A DNA stretch of 64,000 nucleotides from Fibrobacter sp. (GTDB taxonomy: Bacteria > Fibrobacterota > Fibrobacteria > Fibrobacterales > Fibrobacteraceae). Below are positions 57,087 to 64,000 of this stretch, in pieces. Each line of letters opens with the position of its first letter. Position 1 is the stretch's first letter. The stretch is from the NCBI GenBank assembly GCA_045221475.1, contig JBGUWV010000075.1, positions 23,578 to 87,577 on the forward strand, given 5' to 3'. The notes beneath the pieces were generated by a model. The model did not search any database. It had not been told where the DNA came from and saw only the letters and a list, made by a program, of their open reading frames with translations. The position numbers and the translations under genes are program-made.

Positions 57087-57845
57087 TTATTTCTTATCGA
57101 GTTTTGCGTTGATTTTTTTCTGCAGTTCCTTGAGCTGCCAGCGTCCGCGCTTGTCTTCGAGGAAGAAGTTGGTGCGCACTCCGCGAGAAAGGCCGCGGTC
57201 AATGAGGTTCAGGGCGTCTGCGTAGCGTTTTTGGTCAAAGCGCAGTTCTGCCAAAAAGTAATAGTTGTACAGATCTCTCGGGTTCTTTTCTAGGGCGAGA
57301 CTCAGGTACTTGTCGGCAAGTTTCTTGTCGGGCCATGAAAGCACCAGTGGCACATAGGGTAGAACAAAGTGGGCACGTCCGAGTACTTGGTAGTCTTCGG
57401 CCATAATCGCCACGTCGCGGACGGTTGTGGCGACCCCTTCTTTGACTGAAGTGAGGGCTCCGCGTTCGTTTCCCCACATGGAAAGGGCGCTGGCGTACAC
57501 ATGGGCGATTTCCCGATTCTTCGGGAATTTCTGGTATGCGGCTTCGCTTATGGTTTTCAGGCTGTCCAGCTTCGCCTTGCGCTGGTGCTTTTCGAAGTGT
57601 ACAAACCGGAACGAGAAAAACAAGCTTCTGACATAGCCTTCGGTGGCACGTTCTTCGACAGCGGGGTCGCTCATGGCCTTGTGATAGCTTTCAATCATGA
57701 GCTTTGCATTTTTGGCGTTTGCTTTGTCGCCAACGGCACGTTCAGCACGAGCTGCGTAACAGGAATCCGCCGTGCGAAGATCTTCGTTCGCTAGGCTTGT
57801 CCCGCATAAAGCAAGCGTCAGCAATGGTACCAAGATTTTTTTCAT
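57087..57845 (-). CDS. Secreted TPR-like protein
   Basis: Signal peptide; LSLALEKNP...YYFLAE..FDQKRYADA TPR-like segment. Confidence 0.7.
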   Translation of the reverse strand: MKKILVPLLTLALCGTSLANEDLRTADSCYAARAERAVGDKANAKNAKLMIESYHKAMSDPAVEERATEGYVRSLFFSFRFVHFEKHQRKAKLDSLKTISEAAYQKFPKNREIAHVYASALSMWGNERGALTSVKEGVATTVRDVAIMAEDYQVLGRAHFVLPYVPLVLSWPDKKLADKYLSLALEKNPRDLYNYYFLAELRFDQKRYADALNLIDRGLSRGVRTNFFLEDKRGRWQLKELQKKINAKLDKK

Positions 57846-57864
57846 TTTCCCCTTCAGTCGAAAA

Positions 57865-58008
57865 CTACACTTTCCAACTCTGCAGAACTTTATTCACCTG
57901 GGCAATCCGGGTTTTCTCGTCGTCGGTGCCATGATAGGTCTTGAATAAAAGATAGCGATATTCCATAAGTGCAGTGCGAATTAACACCTTGTCTTCTTGC
58001 TTAAGCAT
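57865..58008 (-). CDS. Small hypothetical protein (47 aa)
   Basis: MLKQEDKVLIRTALMEYRYLLFKTYHG...; AGAGG upstream; fills an operon gap. Confidence 0.5.
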   Translation of the reverse strand: MLKQEDKVLIRTALMEYRYLLFKTYHGTDDEKTRIAQVNKVLQSWKV

Positions 58009-58092
58009 TGCTTTTTGTTTCCTCTTTGTTTGTCCTGACAGTTGGTTCCTTGACTTTGGCCTATATGCCAAAGTCAAGAAGGCTGCTAAGGG

Positions 58093-59427
58093 TTACTTCC
58101 CCTTCCCCTTACCGGAGAAGTAATCCTGCTGACGTGTGATTCCGAGAACGGCGTGCCACAGCGCTCCGTTCGGGTTAATCTTCTTGCGTTCGCTGACGGC
58201 GTATTCGATAGGCACGTGCGAGAAGGCGTTGTTCATGCTGCCCACGACCATGTCGGTCTTGCCTGCCATGCCGGCGTGTACGGCGGCTTCGGCGAGCTGG
58301 AAGCAGAAAATGGCATCGGTACCTTGAGCCGGAATGCTACGCACCATGTAGCTCGGGTCAAAGTACTTGATATTGATTTCTTTGCCGACCTTGTCGAAAT
58401 GTTCCTTGATTTTTCTTGTCAGGAATTCGCCAATGTCGTTCTTCAAGATGTTTCCGCTTGCGTCCCTGCGTTCGGGCTGGTCCTTGAACAGTTCCTGGCC
58501 AGCACCTTCGGCAACGGTCACCACGGCATGCGTCTTGCCGCTGCTGTAGCGGCTTTCCAGAGCCTTAAAGAGTCCATCGAGCGTAAAGGGTACTTCGGGC
58601 ACTAGGCAAATGTTCACCACCGTTGTAGCAAGTGCTGCGTAGGCGGCAATAAAGCCAGAATCACGACCCATGAGCTTTACAAGGCCAAGGCCGTTAAAGG
58701 CGCCGTTTGCTTCGTTGTGGGCGCTGGTAATCACGTCGGTCGCGCTGAGCACGGCGGTTTCAAAACCGAAGGTTCGGTCGATCAGGTTCAAGTCGTTGTC
58801 GATTGTTTTCGGGATGCCAATCACCGAAATCGGCTGCTTGCGCTTCTTGATTTCTTCAGCGATATCGTGGGCGCCGCGGAGCGTACCGTCACCGCCGATA
58901 CAGAACAGCACGTTGATGTTGAGGCGCATCAGGGTGTCGACCATGACCTTGGCATCCTGGTTTCCGCGAGAACTTCCGAGGATGGTGCCGCCGTCTTCCT
59001 GAATGGCGTCTACCACGTCGGGGTTCAAGATCATCGGAGAATAACCGTAGGCCGGGTTCAGGCCGCGGTAGCCGTAGGGAATGCCGAAAATGTTTCGAAC
59101 GCCGTAGTCAAACCACAGCACCTGAACAAGACCCTTGATCACGTTGTTAAGACCGGGGCAGAGGCCTCCGCAGGTCACAATGCCTGCGCGTGTCCAGGCG
59201 GGGTCGTGGAAAATCGTTTCGCGAGGGCCTGCCGCTTCCAGCGACGGGATTGCTATACCGCGTTCGCAAAAATCTTTGATGCGCGCTACATCTGCTGTAA
59301 GGCTTACTCGATCAGACTCCGACACAAACGGAACTCCCTTCATGGGAGATTTCAATGTTCCCTTGCCAACGGTTTCAATGGAAAGGTCGTATTTTTCCGG
59401 GTTATTTAGAATGTCTTCTTGAGTCAT
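58093..59427 (-). CDS. pfkA: 6-phosphofructokinase (long type, predicted ATP-dependent)
   Basis: TCGGLCPGLN, GGTILGSSRG, GGDG (Gly suggests ATP), PKTIDND, MGRDSG. Confidence 0.9.
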   Translation of the reverse strand: MTQEDILNNPEKYDLSIETVGKGTLKSPMKGVPFVSESDRVSLTADVARIKDFCERGIAIPSLEAAGPRETIFHDPAWTRAGIVTCGGLCPGLNNVIKGLVQVLWFDYGVRNIFGIPYGYRGLNPAYGYSPMILNPDVVDAIQEDGGTILGSSRGNQDAKVMVDTLMRLNINVLFCIGGDGTLRGAHDIAEEIKKRKQPISVIGIPKTIDNDLNLIDRTFGFETAVLSATDVITSAHNEANGAFNGLGLVKLMGRDSGFIAAYAALATTVVNICLVPEVPFTLDGLFKALESRYSSGKTHAVVTVAEGAGQELFKDQPERRDASGNILKNDIGEFLTRKIKEHFDKVGKEINIKYFDPSYMVRSIPAQGTDAIFCFQLAEAAVHAGMAGKTDMVVGSMNNAFSHVPIEYAVSERKKINPNGALWHAVLGITRQQDYFSGKGKGK

Positions 59428-59531
59428 GGCATGCTCCTCATTTTGCCTTTAGAATACATCTAGGCGCCCTAAAAAATACTAAAAATTGGACAGCCGCGAT
59501 GAAATATTTTATTTAGATAAATGTTACTTAA

Positions 59532-59559
59532 AACGCCCCGGATTTAAATCCAGGGCGTT
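59532..59559. terminator. Hairpin downstream of the sensor kinase
   Basis: aacgccccggat-ttaa-atccagggcgtt. Confidence 0.6.
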
Positions 59560-59610
59560 CTTTACAAAGCTTGTTAAATATTTATTGGGATTTGTCAAAT
59601 TTCGTAATTA

Positions 59611-61482
59611 TTAAATGTCCAGCGGCGGGAAGTGAATCTTGGTTCTGAGACCTGGGCCGGCATTTTCGATTTCGATCTTCATGTTGGTGAGAGTGCAAAG
59701 TTTTTTCACCATGGAAAGGCCGATACCCGTACCGCTTGTAGAACGAGTCATTTCGTTTTCGACGCGGTAGAATTCCTGGAACACCTTCTTCATTTCAGAA
59801 GCGGGAATGCCGGGGCCGTAATCGCGCACGGCAAGGTACATGTCGCCATTGTTCACGCGGAGTTCGATGCTGATCATCTTGTAGCTTGCATTCTTCGAGA
59901 ACTTGAGGGAGTTGTCCACCAGGTTCATCAGAATCTGCATCACGGCGTCGCGGTCAATCAGGAGCGCCACGTTGTCGGCATCGGTGTCCGTAGAAACCGT
60001 AAGTTCAAATCCCTGCTTTTCGATGTTCTTGCTGTAAGTGGCTATAAAGTCGTCAAGGACAGCCTTCGGGCGTTCCTTGCGAAGCTGTACGTTCCAGCGG
60101 TTACCATCGAGTTTAGACAAGTTAAGAACGTTCTGAATCAGGCGCGAAAGGCGGTCTGCTTCACTTGCGATTTGTCCGTAATAGCGTTGCTTCTTTTCTT
60201 CGCTTGCTACCCAGGAATTCTGCAAAAGTTCCGCATACATCTTGATGGCTGTAAGCGGGGTCTTGAGTTCGTGGGTGATTGCCGATACAAAGTCCTGACG
60301 CTTGGCGGCGAGGGCCACCTTGCTTTGGGTGAATCGGTAAATGGTAATCAGGCAGACTGCAACCACGATCAAGAGAATCAAGCCGCTAAACAGAATCGTC
60401 AAGTCTGCAGATCCGCTGATTTCGCTGGAGTACATCTTGAAGACGATCTTGTCGTAAGGCGGCGGCAGCGGTCGCTTGGTCCTCAATTCGTATTCGGCGC
60501 TGTTCTTGCCGATGGTCAGGAGTATGGTATCTTCGTAGACCAGTTCGATGGCATAGGGCAGCTTGGCATAGGCCAGCTGTTCTTCCTGGGTCATGTAGTT
60601 CAGGTAAATCGACTTGTCTACCACGAAACCCTGCACAATCGGAAGCATACCGATATAGATCGTGCGGAAGAACACGATGTAGTCCGACGTCATCCGAATC
60701 TTCAGGTCGGTAATGTTGACGTTGGTGTTGCTACCGGTAAATACGGGAATGTCGGGGGCGATGGTGGTGTCGTTCTTCGCAGTTTCGGCCATGTAGGTCA
60801 GGGCTTCTTCTTCAGATGTCATTTCTACACGGGTAGGAATCTGCAAGTCCGGAATTTCGTCATAAAGTTGGTCGATGGCTTCGGTGGAGTCCACGGTCTG
60901 CACCGTGCGCTTGGGAAGCCCGTTCCGAATGTCCAACTTTATAAGTAGATACTGGATCAGGTCGCGGGTCTTTTTACGCTGTTCCTGGTCGTCGAAGGAG
61001 AAGTTGTCCCACATGGACTTTCCGATACCGGTGCTGGTGTCGGGGTAGAAGGGCGTCAGGAGTTCTCCGCTATGGGAAATCTGGAAATGCCCGAGCAAGC
61101 CCTTGCGGCACTGCCGATACAGCGAGTCGAAGTCGCAGTAGGGTCCACTGGAGTCCGGGAAGGAGAAGAACTCCGAGAAGAGTCGGCTGTTACCGCCGAT
61201 CACTGTAATGGAGTTCAGGATGCCGTAGTCCTTGTAGGAGCGGCTGTTTTCGATATTGAAGTCCGACGATAGGCGTAAGCGAAGACTTTCGTAAGCGGCG
61301 TCGATCCGTTCTTCTATTTTCTTTTCTTCCAGGGCAGCAGACTGCTCGTAAGTCTTGATAAACAAGATGGTCAGGGGAATTGCGATGACCAAGAAAATGG
61401 AAACAAACACCAGGCGTTCTGTGATGATTGCCTGGTGTTTTTTAATGTACGAAAGAACTTCTTTCAGCTTTACTTGTCGCAT
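59611..61482 (-). CDS. Membrane sensor histidine kinase
   Basis: Two TM helices; ITHELKTPL, NLVDNSLKF, DYGPGI, GTGIGL. Confidence 0.93.
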   Translation of the reverse strand: MRQVKLKEVLSYIKKHQAIITERLVFVSIFLVIAIPLTILFIKTYEQSAALEEKKIEERIDAAYESLRLRLSSDFNIENSRSYKDYGILNSITVIGGNSRLFSEFFSFPDSSGPYCDFDSLYRQCRKGLLGHFQISHSGELLTPFYPDTSTGIGKSMWDNFSFDDQEQRKKTRDLIQYLLIKLDIRNGLPKRTVQTVDSTEAIDQLYDEIPDLQIPTRVEMTSEEEALTYMAETAKNDTTIAPDIPVFTGSNTNVNITDLKIRMTSDYIVFFRTIYIGMLPIVQGFVVDKSIYLNYMTQEEQLAYAKLPYAIELVYEDTILLTIGKNSAEYELRTKRPLPPPYDKIVFKMYSSEISGSADLTILFSGLILLIVVAVCLITIYRFTQSKVALAAKRQDFVSAITHELKTPLTAIKMYAELLQNSWVASEEKKQRYYGQIASEADRLSRLIQNVLNLSKLDGNRWNVQLRKERPKAVLDDFIATYSKNIEKQGFELTVSTDTDADNVALLIDRDAVMQILMNLVDNSLKFSKNASYKMISIELRVNNGDMYLAVRDYGPGIPASEMKKVFQEFYRVENEMTRSTSGTGIGLSMVKKLCTLTNMKIEIENAGPGLRTKIHFPPLDI

Positions 61483-62195
61483 TCGGGTGCAGAACGCATC
61501 TGGTAGCCTTCACCGCGGAAGGTCACCAAGAGTTTCGGATGCGAGGGATCGTCTTCGATTTTCTTGCGGAGCTTGGTAATGTGGATATCCACGGTGCGGG
61601 TGTCCACGGAGTCTGCGTTTTCGTAACCCCAGACCTTGCGGAGCAGTTCGGAACGGGGTACGGCGTGGTCGCGGTTGCGCCACAGGTATTCGAGAATTTC
61701 GATTTCCTTGCGGGTAAAGGCGAGTTCTTCGGTACCGCGGGTGCCGGTGTATTCACGGAAGTTCACGCGCAGGCTGCCAGCGACAAGCTTGCCTTCGTTT
61801 TCCATAGTCTGACGGCTACGGCGGAGCACTGCATCGATGCGGGCCAAAAGCATCGGGACGGAGAACGGCTTCGGGATGTAGTCGTCGGCGCCGTACTTGA
61901 GTCCGTTGATGATGTCGTCATCGGCGTTCTTAGCAGAAAGGATGATAATCGGGAGGCTCTTGTCCTGTTCGCGGATCTTGTCGCAAACAGTGAAGCCATC
62001 CATGCCCGGGAGCATCAAGTCCAAAAGAACCAGGTTGTACTGCTTGGTGAGGGCTTCGGCAAGGCCGCTTTCGCCGTCGGCGCAGTGCTTGACGTTGTAT
62101 CCGTTCAGCTTGCAGAGGTCAATCAAACCTTCGGCAATTGCGATTTCATCTTCGATGATAAGAATTTTAGTAGTGCTTGTATTTTCAGTCGTCAT
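61470..62195 (-). CDS. OmpR/PhoB-family response regulator
   Basis: IIEDE, LLDLMLP, KPF, RTVDIHITKLRKKIE, GEGY. Confidence 0.95.
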   Translation of the reverse strand: MTTENTSTTKILIIEDEIAIAEGLIDLCKLNGYNVKHCADGESGLAEALTKQYNLVLLDLMLPGMDGFTVCDKIREQDKSLPIIILSAKNADDDIINGLKYGADDYIPKPFSVPMLLARIDAVLRRSRQTMENEGKLVAGSLRVNFREYTGTRGTEELAFTRKEIEILEYLWRNRDHAVPRSELLRKVWGYENADSVDTRTVDIHITKLRKKIEDDPSHPKLLVTFRGEGYQMRSAPECDK

Positions 62196-62217
62196 TTATT
62201 TACCTAGGGAGTGTTTA

Positions 62218-63018
62218 TTAAATAGCAAGTCCGATACCGAGTTCGACGGTCATGTTGCCGGCGTCGATTTCATCCGGATAGTCGCCACCAATGTAGTACT
62301 TGAAGTTAGCGTATGCTGCAATCGGGATAATCGGGAGCTTTGCGCGTGTACCGACCAGAATGTGACCGCCGATGCTGGTTTTGAGGCCTTCATCAAGAGC
62401 CTTGTCCTGAATCTGGGTCTTCATTTCTTCGCCCTTTCCCTGGAGCAGCTGAGCCTTGGTCTCGTTGTCCGTTTCAGGATCCGTCACGATTTTTGCAACT
62501 TCGTCGAGAGTATTCGGCTGAATGAAGCTGGTTGCGAACTTTTGGTTCAGGACGAAGCTGTTCAGGTGGTAAGAGAGACCGCCACCAATGTAGGGGCGAA
62601 TAATCGGCAGGAACGTGATGGGGTAGGTAATGGAAAGGTCACCGGTCATGGCGACAAATTTCGGATTGGCCTTACCGAACGGGGTTCCGCCCAATTCGAT
62701 TTCGAGAGGGATTTCGCTTACGGATCCGTCGGCCGGATTTTCGACCCAAAGAGAAGCGTCGTAGGAGCCGAACTGGATGTTGAGGGTCGCTTCGATGTCG
62801 ATAATGGGAAGAATGTCGACCCAGGCCTTGAAACCAAAGCCCTGCATCGTACCATCGAAGCCTTCGTGGCTCAACAGAACTTTATCTGCGATGGTTGCCG
62901 GTTCAGCAGCCTTCATCTTGGTGCCAAAACCGGGTGCATAGTGGAAGCCTAAGCCCACAATGGCAAAGGACTGTGTGGCGAGCAGCGCGCCAGCAGCGAT
63001 TAAAGCTTTAAAGTTCAT
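62218..63018 (-). CDS. Secreted hypothetical protein, probable outer-membrane beta-barrel
   Basis: Signal peptide; RPYIGGGLSY; C-terminal VELGIGLAI. Confidence 0.6.
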   Translation of the reverse strand: MNFKALIAAGALLATQSFAIVGLGFHYAPGFGTKMKAAEPATIADKVLLSHEGFDGTMQGFGFKAWVDILPIIDIEATLNIQFGSYDASLWVENPADGSVSEIPLEIELGGTPFGKANPKFVAMTGDLSITYPITFLPIIRPYIGGGLSYHLNSFVLNQKFATSFIQPNTLDEVAKIVTDPETDNETKAQLLQGKGEEMKTQIQDKALDEGLKTSIGGHILVGTRAKLPIIPIAAYANFKYYIGGDYPDEIDAGNMTVELGIGLAI

Positions 63019-63101
63019 GAGTACTCCTTGAAACGTTTGCTCTTGAAATTACATTAATATTTCAAAAAGCGGATACTATTATTTGCATAAAATACTTAAA
63101 A

Positions 63102-64000
63102 TCATTCTATAGCAGGAACGACGACCAGCTTTTTCTGCCCTTTTTTGACCACTACATTGTCCAGTTTGTATTCCCCGACAATCTGTCCGTGGGCTCCCAA
63201 GGCAGATACATTAACCTGATGTGAGCCCTCTGTTACCGGAATGCGAGTCACGTTGATGGTATTGGGCATGAACAGGCCGATGCGCAGGTCTGCCTGCTCC
63301 AGCTGGCTCTGGCCCACGTCTACGGCAATATTTTTCACCAGGTCCAGGAGGCCGTTGCCGGTGTTGGTCGCTTTTTTGGCTTTTTGGGCGGCGATGGTGC
63401 GGAGCACCACGCGGGTCGCCGTGCGAACCATGGTGGTGGTATTTTCGTCATTCATGTTCTGTTCGAGTTCAGAATCGATATCGGCTACTTTTTCAGGCGA
63501 GACGCGCATCTTGCCATCCAGATTCACGCTGAATAAACTGGTCCGCTGGGGCAGTTCCTTCTTCTGGGGGAGCGCGAAGCCCACGTGGAAGGTGTTGCTG
63601 CCTGCGCCTGCGACAGGGGGTGCGAATACGGTGAATGAATTAATCTTGCCTGTCTTGCCGTCTTTATAGGTGAGGTTCAGGGCGGTACCACTTACGTAGG
63701 TTCCGGACAGGTACATTTCGCCGAGAATGGGGCTGTGGCCCGCATAACCCACGACGATGATTTCCTGGCCTTTTTCGCGGGCTTCCGTGGCCTTGGGAGT
63801 CTGGGTCAGGGTTTCGGTCTTAAGACCCTTCAGGTCGTCGGCGCGGTCCATCTTGACAAGGCTTTCGTTAATGTATTCCCAAACTTCCTTGGGCATTTTC
63901 ACGTTGCCTTCTTCGAAGGCCTTGGCTGCTTTCAGATAGGCGATGGCGGCGTCATCTTCTTCGCCTGCCATTTCATAAACGATGGCGCTCAGGTAACGTA
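63102..64000 (-). CDS. Partial CDS (5' end beyond the window), COG3014-like protein
   Basis: YLSAIVYEMAGEEDDAAIAY and EQADLR...P motifs; frame open to the window edge. Confidence 0.6.
   Translation of the reverse strand, partial: RYLSAIVYEMAGEEDDAAIAYLKAAKAFEEGNVKMPKEVWEYINESLVKMDRADDLKGLKTETLTQTPKATEAREKGQEIIVVGYAGHSPILGEMYLSGTYVSGTALNLTYKDGKTGKINSFTVFAPPVAGAGSNTFHVGFALPQKKELPQRTSLFSVNLDGKMRVSPEKVADIDSELEQNMNDENTTTMVRTATRVVLRTIAAQKAKKATNTGNGLLDLVKNIAVDVGQSQLEQADLRIGLFMPNTINVTRIPVTEGSHQVNVSALGAHGQIVGEYKLDNVVVKKGQKKLVVVPAIE

Overview
A gene-dense chromosomal window, very probably from a Fibrobacter sp.: it carries two FISUMP (Fib_succ_major) lipoproteins, two fibro-slime proteins and several Ser-rich lipoproteins. 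About 53 CDSs are supported. Housekeeping genes include purM, nhaA, ahcY, RNase E/G, pta and pfk. They sit among signalling genes (hybrid kinases, GGDEF, SpoIIE/STAS, an OmpR-type pair), envelope and cellulose-related genes (GT4, LpoA-like, expansin-like, fibro-slime) and accessory genes (Y-family polymerase, divergent EF-G, Vat-like acetyltransferase, Rpn nuclease). No rRNA, tRNA, CRISPR array, integrase or clear IS was recognised. The most notable signals are: (1) a REP-like element found intergenically and also translated in-frame inside two unrelated genes; (2) an Rpn nuclease with a multi-stem 5' leader, a G10 tract and a possible internal antitoxin start, lying between two divergent FISUMP paralogues; (3) two His-less hybrid pseudo-kinases flanking a BMP ligand-binding protein; (4) a degenerate RxxD-GGDEF protein coupled to a GT4; (5) an AT-rich DnaA-box cluster, a candidate oriC. 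All calls come from reading motifs by eye; no database searches were run.
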